Shown here piece after piece: positions 23,335 through 32,646 of a stretch of DNA of 38,189 bases (positions within the stretch are counted from its first letter, which is position 1; each line of letters begins with the position of its first letter). The notes below the pieces were generated by a model. That model was not told the origin of the DNA. It saw only the letters and a program-made list of their open reading frames with translations, and made no database searches. This stretch comes from an uncultured Eubacteriales bacterium (GTDB taxonomy: Bacteria; Bacillota; Clostridia; Oscillospirales; Acutalibacteraceae). The stretch is from NCBI GenBank assembly GCA_934615635.1, contig CAKTTT010000001.1, forward strand, positions 1 through 38,189. The letters run 5' to 3'. A program made the position numbers and the translations under genes.

Positions 23335-25788
23335 TCATCGAATCTCTCTCAACGGCGCTCCCCATTCGTAAACCCCATGAAAGCGCTCCGGCGTCATGAC
23401 CAAGGCCTCGTTATTCCAGTAAAGATGCAGATCCTCCAGATTACTCGGCAATATCACTCTTCTCAGGAACAAGTTATTCCGAAAGGCGGCCCAGTCGTTG
23501 CTGCAGATCCACACCACGCTCTGTTCCGGCTGCAGCGGATGATCTATTCTCTGCAGGACGCAATAAGGGCCTTCATAAAATACCTTCCCATAGCCAAATC
23601 CCCGTTCCGTACACAAAATCGGCCAGGATCGCCGGTATGCAGCCAGACGCTCGCTGCGGCTATGGATATCGTCCAATACTATGTAGCCGCCGCCTTCCCG
23701 CATCCCCTGCCACTCCTCCAGAAGAACCACCGGATAGGCGACCGCCAGATCCGGCGTATAGCCGTTACATACCGGCCTGGAAAAGCTCTTCGCAATACAA
23801 AGTAGCGCCGGATCGCCTGCCACGACCGTCAGCGGGGCATAGTAAACGTCCAGCAGGCCTATTCCCTTTTTGCCCTGCGGTGCGGGCTGCCTATCGTCCG
23901 GCTGCCAGCCGGACGGCGTCCTGGACAAATGCACGCTGGAACTTCCGGCCGGAAACAGCCGGATCTCCTGACGGTTGATGCGAAGGAGAACGCTTTCTTT
24001 ATCCCGCAGTCCGGGCGGCAGTTCCGCCGTCAGTCCGTCCGCATTCCTGCAGCGGATCTCCAGCCCGTAATCGGTGATGGCCGCGCGGATCGTCGCTTCT
24101 TTTTTCCCGAAACGGATCCCGTCCAGCTTGATCCAATACGCCTGCAGATGCCGATGATCCCTGGTTTTATAATAGATGGTGCTTGGAAAAGGGTCCCGTC
24201 TCTTTTTCAGCATATAGCTCAAGGTGTCCCGTTTGGCCAGCAGCGTCTGGAAATCCATGTGGTAGTAATTGAGGGCTTCTGCTTCTATCAGGCCGGGCAG
24301 CCGCCGGTACCATCGCTGAATGCACCGGTTATAGATCCGGGGCATTTGGTCTTCATGGGAAAAAGCGGTTATCACATTCACATGAAGAAGATTTCCCAGA
24401 AATCTGCTGTTCTGCATACCGGCCAGAGGGATGATTCCGGCGAACAGATGAGGATACATCTGGGCCAAATGCCAGGCGGCGCAGGCGCCGTTGGAATAGC
24501 CGGTAAGATAAATCCGCTCCTCATCGACGGAAAACTGCCGTTTGAGCTGTTCGATCTGTTCCAGCAGCGCCGCCTCGCCGATGTGGTTTCCCATAGTGAT
24601 CCCCTTGGGCGTTATATCCGCGAAGATAACCCCCTCCTCCCGAAAGGGGGCGAAGGACAGACAGTTAACCGTATAATACAAAACCGAAATCGTCAGAAAC
24701 AAAGGATATTTTTTCTCCGGCGTATAGCCTTCCGGCAGCAAATAATAACAGTGCTCCGACCGGCCGTCCAGAGCGGAGACGTACAGCAGTTCGTTGCCCA
24801 GCCTTGTGATGGATTTGCCGCGCCGATAATCCCGCATGAGTGCATAGACGCCATAACCGGAGGAGTAGAAAAAGGCCGGGTTTATGCTGTAATCCTCCTT
24901 ATTCAATTCCGGCAGCATCTCTTCGATCTTCAGCCGCGCGATTTCCGGAAGTCCCTCACGGGTCAGAAGCGCCTCCGCTTCCCTGGCCACCGCGCGGGTT
25001 TCCTCATCGTGATTGCGGCAGATCATCGGACTGGTGAGGGTATGCAGGTATCCTGCGGTATCCCTCAGTTTCATTTCCACCTGATAAAAATCCGGTCCTG
25101 GGAACAATTCCGGCGGGAATTGCGCGGTGTCAATCACTATTTCTTCAAAGAATCCTCCGGTCAGAGTCTGAAACACGCGTCCCTCCTGGTTCACCACCCG
25201 GATACTCAGGCGGCTCGCCGGATCAATATGCCAGCGGTCCTTCGGCCAGATGAGAAGCCTTTTCAATCCTCCATTAAAAAAGACTTCCCCATTCGTCGCG
25301 AAGGAAAACGCCTTGTTGACGAATATATAGGATTGATACAGCCGGGAGGAAAAGCCCGGACGGCTCTCTGCCCTCGCATCGTACAGTCCTAAAGCCACCG
25401 TGTGGATCCGATTCTCTTCTGTTTCGAACTCAAAAATATTTTCTCCTTTTTTCAGGTCGACAATGATATAATCATCCAAAAACAAATGGTGAATCGCCAC
25501 CAGTTCCCGGTTGAGCCACAGCCTGCAGGGCGCGGCAAAAACGGCCGTGAGAAACACCGGCATATCCTCCGGGCAGACAATGCGGCAGGACAAATAATAG
25601 GCCGTTGGGCTCGGAAACACCGGTAATTGTACCGCACCGGATATCGTCACCGGTTCCGCGTATTCCTGTTTGCGCTCCGGGGAATATCCTTCGGAAAAGT
25701 TAACCACCGTTTCTTTCTTTCGTCTATAATGCAGCCGCATCTGTGCGACTCGAATAATCGATCCGGTAAAAACAAGGGAGTTATCCAT
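23335..25788 (-). CDS. Large multidomain alpha/beta-hydrolase-like protein, paralog 2
   Basis: Start chosen at MDNSLVF (25788) because SD AAGGAG lies 7 nt upstream; the track ORF extends to 25977. Nucleophile elbow RIYLTGYSNGACAAWHL. Shares the motifs RRDPFP, LLDVY and LH.YWNN.AL with paralog 1. Confidence 0.75.
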   Translation of the reverse strand: MDNSLVFTGSIIRVAQMRLHYRRKKETVVNFSEGYSPERKQEYAEPVTISGAVQLPVFPSPTAYYLSCRIVCPEDMPVFLTAVFAAPCRLWLNRELVAIHHLFLDDYIIVDLKKGENIFEFETEENRIHTVALGLYDARAESRPGFSSRLYQSYIFVNKAFSFATNGEVFFNGGLKRLLIWPKDRWHIDPASRLSIRVVNQEGRVFQTLTGGFFEEIVIDTAQFPPELFPGPDFYQVEMKLRDTAGYLHTLTSPMICRNHDEETRAVAREAEALLTREGLPEIARLKIEEMLPELNKEDYSINPAFFYSSGYGVYALMRDYRRGKSITRLGNELLYVSALDGRSEHCYYLLPEGYTPEKKYPLFLTISVLYYTVNCLSFAPFREEGVIFADITPKGITMGNHIGEAALLEQIEQLKRQFSVDEERIYLTGYSNGACAAWHLAQMYPHLFAGIIPLAGMQNSRFLGNLLHVNVITAFSHEDQMPRIYNRCIQRWYRRLPGLIEAEALNYYHMDFQTLLAKRDTLSYMLKKRRDPFPSTIYYKTRDHRHLQAYWIKLDGIRFGKKEATIRAAITDYGLEIRCRNADGLTAELPPGLRDKESVLLRINRQEIRLFPAGSSSVHLSRTPSGWQPDDRQPAPQGKKGIGLLDVYYAPLTVVAGDPALLCIAKSFSRPVCNGYTPDLAVAYPVVLLEEWQGMREGGGYIVLDDIHSRSERLAAYRRSWPILCTERGFGYGKVFYEGPYCVLQRIDHPLQPEQSVVWICSNDWAAFRNNLFLRRVILPSNLEDLHLYWNNEALVMTPERFHGVYEWGAPLREIR

Positions 25789-26260
25789 GTATCGGCTCCT
25801 TCTATCCATAGTGATTTTCTTCCTCCTAGCGTAACACGCCGTTCCTCCTTCTTCCATGTGCGGCAGCCTCTCTCGTGCAGCGCCTCTGTTTAGTTCCGAC
25901 AGGCAAGGACCGGAAAACCGTATGGATTTTCTCTCTTTCCAGGGCTCTGCACGGAGAGGAAATATCCGCTTTTTCATCGATCAAAAGCAACTGCGGCTCT
26001 ACAATGCTTTTAACAGTAGTTATATATTCCGCCGATAAGTACGAAGACGGCAACCCCTCTGCCCAGGCACTCCCTTCGCACCTGTGGCGGGAAGGCGGCC
26101 CTTCGCCGCCTTATGGCAGGACCGCCGGACCAGCGGAGCTTATGGAATAACCCTCGCCGGCAAAGCCAGTGGTATTCCGCAAACGGCAGAGCCTTATGCC
26201 CCCCGCGTCCGCGCCAAAGATATATGTAGTTTCCGACAAATGACTTCTCGATGCAGGAAA

Positions 26261-26285
26261 GGCGCGAAGGGAGTCCCCTCGCGCC
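26261..26285 (-). terminator. Hairpin downstream of the micro-ORF (weak terminator candidate)
   Basis: GGCGCGA (26261-26267) / TCGCGCC (26279-26285) with an inner GGGA/TCCC extension. On the minus strand only TTTCCTG follows. Confidence 0.3.
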
Positions 26286-26300
26286 TTTCTTCCCGCGTCC

Positions 26301-26441
26301 TCAACGGCGGGGCTGTTCCTTTTCATAAGCGACCAGCACAATCTCCCGCTCGGTCAATTGCCCCAAATCTTTTTCCGCCTGCCGGAGCTTGTCCAACTGC
26401 TTCGGCTCCATTTGGGCGTAGTGATAGGCTTTCTCTTCCAT
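26301..26441 (-). CDS. 46-aa micro-protein, coupled to the upstream helical protein gene
   Basis: Below the track cutoff. MEEKAYHYAQMEPKQLDKLRQAEKDLGQLTEREIVLVAYEKEQPRR. ATG at 26441, 12 nt after the upstream stop (26454), with GGGAGACGGAGAC upstream. Confidence 0.45.
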   Translation of the reverse strand: MEEKAYHYAQMEPKQLDKLRQAEKDLGQLTEREIVLVAYEKEQPRR

Positions 26442-26453
26442 GTCTCCGTCTCC

Positions 26454-26897
26454 CTACAGGAATTTCTTGAGCTGCTCCAGATTCCGCTCCTCGGTTTTCA
26501 GCAGCTTCTGGCCCAGCGCCAGCACCGCGCCGTCCGCATCGCCGTATTCCCTCAGCTTCTGGGTGATTTCGATAATGCCCATGTTGCTGCCCTGCATCAT
26601 CATCTCCGCCAGATGGGAGGAGGTCTTATCGATCATGGTATTCATGTTGACGGAGAGATAACTGGATATCTTCGCCATGGCGCCGATGCCCTTGGCTTCC
26701 TGGTGCTCCTCCCGGGCCATGGAGGCCGCGGCCTCACAGATTTCCTGGTACTCCCGCAGCTGGGAGAGTATCACCTCGCGAAAGGATGCATCCTCGCACA
26801 CCTCCAGCAGTTGAGGCAGAGTCTGTTTGCCCATCTCTGCATTTTTGTAGATAAAATTGAGAAGCTCCACATTGGTATTGACGGCGGCTGCGCCCAT
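26454..26897 (-). CDS. Hypothetical all-alpha protein (four-helix-bundle-like)
   Basis: 147-aa ORF with SD AAAGGTG 9 nt upstream. Helical heptad-like composition and no TM segment. Family not recognised with confidence. Confidence 0.6.
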   Translation of the reverse strand: MGAAAVNTNVELLNFIYKNAEMGKQTLPQLLEVCEDASFREVILSQLREYQEICEAAASMAREEHQEAKGIGAMAKISSYLSVNMNTMIDKTSSHLAEMMMQGSNMGIIEITQKLREYGDADGAVLALGQKLLKTEERNLEQLKKFL

Positions 26898-26971
26898 TTT
26901 CTATCACACCTTTCCTGTTTTCCCCCTTAGTATGGCGCGTTTTCCGCCAGATATGCGACGCCTGACCCAAC

Positions 26972-27012
26972 AAAAAAAGGCTGGCCGGAGACGATCCCCG
27001 GCAAGCCTTTTT
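26972..27012. terminator. Bidirectional rho-independent terminator
   Basis: A7 (26972-26978), stem GGCTGGCCGG (26979-26988) / CCGGCAAGCC (26998-27007) with one mismatch, T5 (27008-27012). Confidence 0.7.
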
Positions 27013-27035
27013 AACAGATACACAGCCCGCGGCAA

Positions 27036-27647
27036 TTAACGATAATCCTCCACATCGAACGCCCGGTCCCGATAATAGTATTGCCGGTCCTCCTCGGTGA
27101 TTTCCCGCAGCACCCGGCAGGGATTGCCCGCAGCGACCCGATTATCCGGAATATCCCTGGTGACCACGCTGCCCGCGCCGATCACCACATTGCTGCCGAT
27201 GGAGACGCCGGGAAGGATCACCGCGCTGCCGCCGATCCAGACATTGTCCCCGATGGTGACGGGGATCCCGTATTCATATCCCGTATTTCGGCTGTCGGGA
27301 TGAAGGGGATGCCCCGCGGTATAGATAGAGACATTGGGGGCGATCATCGCATTTTTCCCGATTACCACCTTCGCCACATCCAGAATCGTCAAATTATAGT
27401 TGGCGAAAAAGTTCTCCCCCACCTCGATGTTGGCGCCGTAATCGCAATGAAGGGGAGCCTCCGCGAACACCCGCTCGCCGGTTTTACCGAAAATCTCTTT
27501 CAGCAGGGCGGGCACCCGCTCCCGCTCCTCCGGCGGCAGCAGATTGAACCGGTACAGCTTTTCCCGGCAGGCGGCCCGCTCCTCCTCCAGACCGTCCATC
27601 CAGGCCTTATAAGGCAGGCCCGCCAGCATCCGTTCCTTTTGATTCAT
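27036..27647 (-). CDS. Maltose/galactoside O-acetyltransferase (Maa/LacA family, hexapeptide-repeat left-handed beta-helix)
   Basis: 203-aa ORF. N-terminal Mac domain (ERMLAGLPY...), CDYGANIEVGENFFANYN, HPLHP and hexapeptide repeats IGDNVWIGGSAVILPGVSIGSNVVIGAGSVV. Confidence 0.85.
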   Translation of the reverse strand: MNQKERMLAGLPYKAWMDGLEEERAACREKLYRFNLLPPEERERVPALLKEIFGKTGERVFAEAPLHCDYGANIEVGENFFANYNLTILDVAKVVIGKNAMIAPNVSIYTAGHPLHPDSRNTGYEYGIPVTIGDNVWIGGSAVILPGVSIGSNVVIGAGSVVTRDIPDNRVAAGNPCRVLREITEEDRQYYYRDRAFDVEDYR

Positions 27648-27727
27648 TCCAGTCTCTCCTATCGGTTCCCTATTCCGCCCGGCATGGAAACGTCCGCAGT
27701 GGGCGGCGACAGCGGGCTACCCCTACA

Positions 27728-28837
27728 CTACAAATCCAAAATGCGGGCGATGACGGCGTTGGACAGCAGAAAGCCCTCCCTGGTCAGGCGGATCCCTTCG
27801 CTATCACAGGTCACCAAACGGCCGGGCAGGGCGGCGGCCCGCCTTCTCCACGCCGCCGGCAGGGGCCGTCCGAAGCGCCGTCGGAAGGCCGCCTCTTCCA
27901 CGCCCCGCGTCAGCCGCAGCCGCAGCAGGAGGTATTCCTCCTCCCCGCCGCTGGGCAGCCGCAGATCCGGCTCCTCCTCCAAAGGGCGTTGCCCCTTCAG
28001 AAACGCTTCCACGTCCGGAGGATAGAAAAAGCGGCGGCCGTCCAAAAAGGAATGGGCGGCCGGGCCGATCCCCAGATAAGGCTCGCCGTTCCAGTATTTC
28101 CTGTTATGGCGGCTGGAAAAACCGGGTTTGGCAAAATTGGAAATCTCATATTGGGCAAAGCCCGCCTTTTCCAACGCCTCGCAGGCGGCGAGATACAGCC
28201 GCGCGCAGCCTTCCTCGTCCGGGAGCCGCAGATCACTCCGGCGACCGAAGGGCGTCCCCGGCTCGATCTTCAGCAGATAGGCGGAAACGTGCGCCGCGCC
28301 CAGTTCGGCGCATACGGCGGCGCTGCGCGCCACCGCGGCGGGGGTCTGCCCCTCCAGGCCCAGCATCATATCCAGGGAGAGATTCTGTATCCCCGCCTTC
28401 CGCGCAGCCTCCGCCGCCGCCAGCACCTGATCCGGCGTATGGCGACGGCCAAGCCAGCGCAGCTCCTCCCTGTCGGCGGACTGCATCCCCAGCGACAGCC
28501 GGTTGCCGCCGGCGGCGGCAAAACACTGCAGCGTTTCCTCCAACTCGTCGGCGGGATTGGCTTCCAGGGTGATTTCCGCCTCCTCCAGGCCAAAAACTTC
28601 CCTTGCCTGCTCCAGTATGCGCTGCAGCCGCCTGCCGCCCAGCAGAGAAGGGGTGCCGCCGCCGAAATAGAGGGTATCCGCCCTCTCCCGCCGCCGGCCG
28701 CCCCATTCCCGCAGGCTGCGGCAGACCGCGTCGGTGTACCGGTCCATCCCTTCCTCCGTAGGCGGCCCGGAATAAAAATCACAGTACGGGCATTTGGACA
28801 GGCAAAAGGGCACATGGATATACAAGCCTATCGCCAT
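27728..28837 (-). CDS. hemW: Radical SAM heme chaperone HemW (HemN-like, oxygen-independent coproporphyrinogen oxidase family)
   Basis: Start MAIGLYIHVPFCLSKCPYCDFY (C-x3-C-x2-C radical SAM motif) with SD GGAGGTG 6 nt upstream. GGGTPS motif present. The track ORF extends to 28930. Confidence 0.8.
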   Translation of the reverse strand: MAIGLYIHVPFCLSKCPYCDFYSGPPTEEGMDRYTDAVCRSLREWGGRRRERADTLYFGGGTPSLLGGRRLQRILEQAREVFGLEEAEITLEANPADELEETLQCFAAAGGNRLSLGMQSADREELRWLGRRHTPDQVLAAAEAARKAGIQNLSLDMMLGLEGQTPAAVARSAAVCAELGAAHVSAYLLKIEPGTPFGRRSDLRLPDEEGCARLYLAACEALEKAGFAQYEISNFAKPGFSSRHNRKYWNGEPYLGIGPAAHSFLDGRRFFYPPDVEAFLKGQRPLEEEPDLRLPSGGEEEYLLLRLRLTRGVEEAAFRRRFGRPLPAAWRRRAAALPGRLVTCDSEGIRLTREGFLLSNAVIARILDL

Positions 28838-29013
28838 TCCTCTCACCTCCCGCGGCCTGGGGCCGTCACTACAAGGGCTTCGCCCGCCTTGCCGGCTAAA
28901 ATCGGCCGGCCGCTCCGGCGCGCCGCCCATAAAGCGGCGGAGGACGGAAGCAGACGGCGCTATCGGTCATTTACCCTCCGGTTCAACCGGGGGATTTTTC
29001 TTGCCTGCCTGGC

Positions 29014-29052
29014 AGCAAAGAAAAGGGGGCGGGGATCCTCCTCCCCGCCCCC
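29014..29052 (-). terminator. Rho-independent terminator of leuB
   Basis: On the minus strand: GGGGGCGGGGA / TCCCCGCCCCC, an 11-bp stem (29052-29042 / 29035-29025), 6-nt loop, then TTTTCTTTG. Confidence 0.8.
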
Positions 29053-29059
29053 GGTTTCT

Positions 29060-30133
29060 TTACAGTGCGGCGACCACCGCTTCGCCCATGGCGGCGGTGC
29101 CCACCTTGGTGGTGCCTTCGGTATAGATATCCGGCGTGCGCACGCCGTCGTCCAGCACCTTCTCCACCGCGGTCTCGATGGCGTCGGCAGCGGCCGTTTC
29201 ATCCAAGGAATACCGCAGCATCATCGCACCGGAAAGGATGGTGGCCAGCGGATTGGCGATCCCCTTGCCGGCGATATCCGGCGCGGACCCGTGGATCGGC
29301 TCATACAGGCCCCGCTTGCCCTCGCCCAGGGAGGCGGAAGCCAGCATCCCGATGGAACCGGCCACCTGAGAAGCCTCGTCCGACAGGATGTCCCCGAAAA
29401 TATTGGATGCCAGCATAACGTCAAACTGCTTGGGATTGCGCACCAGTTGCATGGCGGCGTTGTCGATATACAGATGGTTGAGCTCCACATCCGGATACTC
29501 CTGCGCCACCCGCAGGACGGTTTCCCGCCACAGCCGGGAGGATTCCAGCACGTTGGCCTTATCGATATTGGTCACCTTTTTGTTCCGTTTCCGGGCGGAA
29601 TCAAAGGCCACCCGGGCGATGCGCTCCACCTCTTTGACGGTGTACATCTCGGTATCGAAGGCGGCCTCCACCCCGTCCACCGTTTTGCGGCCCCGTTCGC
29701 CGAAATAGATGCCGCCGGTCAGCTCCCGCACCACCATGATGTCCATACTGTCGCCGATGATATCCTCCCGCAGGGGGCAGGCGCTTTTCAGGGGGCCGTA
29801 GATCTTGGCGGGGCGAAGATTGGCGAAAAGGCCCAGCGCCGCCCGGATGCCCAGCAGGCCGGCCTCAGGCCGGAGGTTTCCCGGCAGGGTATCCCATTTC
29901 GCGCCGCCCACCGCGCCCAGCAGCACCGCATCGGAGGCAAGGCAGGTATCCACCGTTTCCTTGGGCAGGGGGACGCCGGTGGCGTCGATGGCGCAGCCGC
30001 CCATGAGCGCATCCGTGTAGTGCAGCTTATAGCCGAACTTTTCCCCCGCGGCGTCCAGCACCCGGACGGCCTCGGCCACGATCTCCGGGCCGATGCCGTC
30101 GCCGCGCAGCAGCGTGATGTTGTATGACTTCAT
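29060..30133 (-). CDS. leuB: 3-isopropylmalate dehydrogenase
   Basis: Start [18 protein letters not shown]. Conserved ELTGGIYFG and [23 protein letters not shown] signature of isocitrate/isopropylmalate dehydrogenases. The track ORF extends to 30184. Confidence 0.9.
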   Translation of the reverse strand: MKSYNITLLRGDGIGPEIVAEAVRVLDAAGEKFGYKLHYTDALMGGCAIDATGVPLPKETVDTCLASDAVLLGAVGGAKWDTLPGNLRPEAGLLGIRAALGLFANLRPAKIYGPLKSACPLREDIIGDSMDIMVVRELTGGIYFGERGRKTVDGVEAAFDTEMYTVKEVERIARVAFDSARKRNKKVTNIDKANVLESSRLWRETVLRVAQEYPDVELNHLYIDNAAMQLVRNPKQFDVMLASNIFGDILSDEASQVAGSIGMLASASLGEGKRGLYEPIHGSAPDIAGKGIANPLATILSGAMMLRYSLDETAAADAIETAVEKVLDDGVRTPDIYTEGTTKVGTAAMGEAVVAAL

Positions 30134-30210
30134 AAACCAATCTGTCCTTTCTTGAGGCTCCGCGCCCACGGGACGCAGGGCCATGAAATCGTAATCGGCG
30201 GGCTGTCCCG

Positions 30211-30972
30211 CTACTGATGAAAACGCGCCAAAAAGGCACGGGTGCGATCGCTTTGAGGATTCTCGATGACCTGACGGGGCTCTCCCTCCTCCACGATGAC
30301 GCCGCCGTCCATGAAGATCACCCGGTCGGACACGTCCCGGGCGAAAGCCATCTCATGGGTGACCACCACCATGGTCATATGCTCCTCCGCCAGGGTGCGG
30401 ATGACCTTGAGAATCTCCCCGGTCAGCTCCGGATCCAGAGCGGAGGTGGGCTCGTCGAAGAAAAGGATATCCGGATGCATGGCCAGGGCCCGGGCGATGG
30501 CCACCCGCTGCTGCTGTCCGCCGGACAGCTCGCAGGGATAGGCGTCGGCCTTATCCGAAAGCCCCACCTTCCGCAGCAAAGCCATGGCCTCCTCCCTGGC
30601 CTGGATCTTCTCCCGGCCCAGCACCCGCACAGGGGCCTCGGTGAGATTGCGCAGCACCGAAAAGTGAGGAAACAGGTTGAAATTCTGGAACACCAGCCCG
30701 AAGCGGCGGCGGATCTGCTGCAGCACGGCGGGGGGCGCGTATACCGCCTTGCCAGCCGCGCCGTTCTCGCACATGGTCAGATCACCGTAAACCACGCTGC
30801 CCGCATCCACCGTCTCCAGCAGGGTGGAACAGCGCAGCAGGGTGGATTTGCCGGAGCCGGAGGGACCGATCACCGACAGCACTTCCCCCTGGTTCACCTG
30901 GAAGGAGATCCCCTGGAGCACCTGATTGTCGCCGAAGCTCTTGTGAATATCGACGGCCTTCAACACACACAT
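30211..30972 (-). CDS. Polar amino-acid ABC transporter ATP-binding protein (GlnQ-like)
   Basis: 253-aa ORF with Walker [34 protein letters not shown] and [14 protein letters not shown]. Confidence 0.9.
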   Translation of the reverse strand: MCVLKAVDIHKSFGDNQVLQGISFQVNQGEVLSVIGPSGSGKSTLLRCSTLLETVDAGSVVYGDLTMCENGAAGKAVYAPPAVLQQIRRRFGLVFQNFNLFPHFSVLRNLTEAPVRVLGREKIQAREEAMALLRKVGLSDKADAYPCELSGGQQQRVAIARALAMHPDILFFDEPTSALDPELTGEILKVIRTLAEEHMTMVVVTHEMAFARDVSDRVIFMDGGVIVEEGEPRQVIENPQSDRTRAFLARFHQ

Positions 30973-30987
30973 ACCCTTCTCCTCCCT

Positions 30988-31671
30988 TTACTGATAATAG
31001 GCCAGCTTCTTTTCCGCCACCGAGAAGCACTTGGAGACAATGGCGTTCATCGCCAGATAAAACAATCCGGCCACGAACACCGGCAGCAGCGTCGCCTGGG
31101 CGGAGGTGACCTCCCTGGCCAGGATAAACAGCTCCGCCACCCCGATGGTGGAAGCCAGAGCCGTATCCTTCACCAGCGTCATGAACTCGTTGCTCATGGG
31201 AGGCAGGATTTTTTTCACCACCTGGGGCAGCACGATGTGAAAGAAGGTCTGCCGCCGGGTGAAGCCCAGCACATCCGCCGCTTCCCGCTGCCCCAGAGAG
31301 ACGCTCTCGATGCCGCCGCGGTAAATCTCGGAAAAATAGGCCGCGTAGTTGAGGGTAAAGGCCACCACCGCCGCCGTCATCCGGTTGTTGAAGAGGAAGG
31401 CGATCACGGGATTGGAGAAATCCAGATTGTGGAAAATGGTGGTGGGCGCGAACCAGAAAAAGATCAACTGCAGCATGAGGGGCGTTCCCCGCATGATCAG
31501 CAGATACGCCCGCACCGGCCAGCTAATCCATTTGTGCCGGGACATGCGTCCCTGGGCCACCAGCAGCCCCAGGGGCAGCGCCAGCAGCAGGGTGAGGAAA
31601 AACAGGGTCAGCGTACCGACGGAGGCCTCCGCCATCTGCCGCAGCATCTTCAAGAACACGGTCCAAGTCAT
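30988..31671 (-). CDS. Polar amino-acid ABC transporter permease (HisM/GlnP-like)
   Basis: Start MTWTVFLK with SD GGGAGGAAGG (the track ORF extends to 31836). LIMRGTPLMLQL and an EAA-like loop REAADVLGFTRRQTFFHIVLPQ. Confidence 0.85.
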   Translation of the reverse strand: MTWTVFLKMLRQMAEASVGTLTLFFLTLLLALPLGLLVAQGRMSRHKWISWPVRAYLLIMRGTPLMLQLIFFWFAPTTIFHNLDFSNPVIAFLFNNRMTAAVVAFTLNYAAYFSEIYRGGIESVSLGQREAADVLGFTRRQTFFHIVLPQVVKKILPPMSNEFMTLVKDTALASTIGVAELFILAREVTSAQATLLPVFVAGLFYLAMNAIVSKCFSVAEKKLAYYQ

Positions 31672-31719
31672 GGGTTTTCCTTCCTCCCGGCGCACTCGGG
31701 CGGCTCCTATGTAAAGCTT

Positions 31720-31745
31720 CACCGGGGCGAAACGCCGCCCCGGTG
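31720..31745 (-). promoter_or_regulatory. Intercistronic stem-loop between the binding-protein and permease genes
   Basis: CACCGGGGCG (31720-31729) / CGCCCCGGTG (31736-31745): 10-bp perfect stem, extendable by 2 A-T pairs, with no T-tract. Confidence 0.5.
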
Positions 31746-31766
31746 AAACGCCAGCCTCCGCGGCCT

Positions 31767-32618
31767 TTATTTGATCTCGTTCTTGTGGCTGGCGTAATAC
31801 CGGGCCACCACTTCGTCCATCAGCACCACGTCGCATTTGCCCTGAGCCAGCTCCAGCAGCGCCGTCACATTGTCATCCAGCTTGGTGGCCTCCCCGCCGG
31901 CCAGCTTTTCCTTGATTTCGGGATGGGCATCCAGCGCGTCGGAGGCGGTGGATCCCTTCTGCAGAGTCAGCTTCTTGCCCTCCAGATCGTCCTTGGACTG
32001 GATATCCGACCCCTCCATCACCACCAGCACCTGGCGGTTGCCCATATAGGCGGGGGTCATGTTCATGGCCGCCTTACGGTCATCGTTGATGGTCATACCG
32101 TTCCACACAACGTCGATTTTCCGGTCGTTGAGTTCCTTTTCCTTATTTTCCCAGATAATGGGGGTAAGCTCCAGCTCCACGCCCATCTTCTCACAAACGG
32201 CCTTAGCCAGGTCGATATCGAAGCCGGTGATATTGCCGTCCTCATCCCGGAAACCCATGGGCGGCAGGGCCACATCCAGTCCCATCACCAGCTTGCCCTT
32301 GTCCTTGATCTTCTGCAGGGAGTCGTCGGTGGCCTCCTCCGGCTCGTAGGAATCCGGCAGCTTGCTGACGTCCTCGCCGAACCACTTTTCACTGATGGTC
32401 TTGAATTCGCCGCTCTTGTTCATGTCCACCAGGATCTTCCACACCTCGTTGCGCAGAGCCGCATCGTCCTTACGGAAACCGATGCCGTACTCCTCGGAGG
32501 ACAGCTCCCCCTCCAGAACCACATAATTCTTTTTTGCTCCGCCGCAACCGGACAGAACGCCCGCCGCCAGCAGTGCGGCCGCCCCGGCGGCCAGCCATCT
32601 GCGCAGTTTCATCATCAA
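31767..32618 (-). CDS. Amino-acid ABC transporter substrate-binding lipoprotein
   Basis: 283-aa ORF with a signal peptide and lipobox (LLAAGVLSGCGG). Family-3 SBP pattern GFDIDLAKAV, WNGMTI. Confidence 0.85.
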   Translation of the reverse strand: MMMKLRRWLAAGAAALLAAGVLSGCGGAKKNYVVLEGELSSEEYGIGFRKDDAALRNEVWKILVDMNKSGEFKTISEKWFGEDVSKLPDSYEPEEATDDSLQKIKDKGKLVMGLDVALPPMGFRDEDGNITGFDIDLAKAVCEKMGVELELTPIIWENKEKELNDRKIDVVWNGMTINDDRKAAMNMTPAYMGNRQVLVVMEGSDIQSKDDLEGKKLTLQKGSTASDALDAHPEIKEKLAGGEATKLDDNVTALLELAQGKCDVVLMDEVVARYYASHKNEIK

Positions 32619-32646
32619 AATACCTCCTCCAGCTTTTCCTAAGGCT

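Noticed and set aside
20970-25392. Plus-strand ORFs (303, 315, 487 aa and others) antisense to the two large hydrolase paralogs
   Set aside because: They are antisense to ORFs that are mutually homologous and carry GxSxG cores. Neither plus-strand ORF shows paralogy-consistent conservation or an SD.
27081-30127. Plus-strand ORFs of 314 aa and 712 aa antisense to the acetyltransferase, hemW and leuB genes
   Set aside because: The same shadow-ORF pattern: Arg/Gly/Pro/Ala-rich with no recognisable domain. The minus-strand genes carry unambiguous motifs (hexapeptide repeats, radical SAM CxxxCxxC, the IPMDH signature).
30217-32642. Plus-strand ORFs of 509 aa and 299 aa antisense to the amino-acid ABC importer operon
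   Set aside because: Shadow ORFs. The opposite strand has Walker, signature, EAA-loop and lipobox motifs. These frames are Gly/His/Arg/Leu/Gln-rich with no start context.
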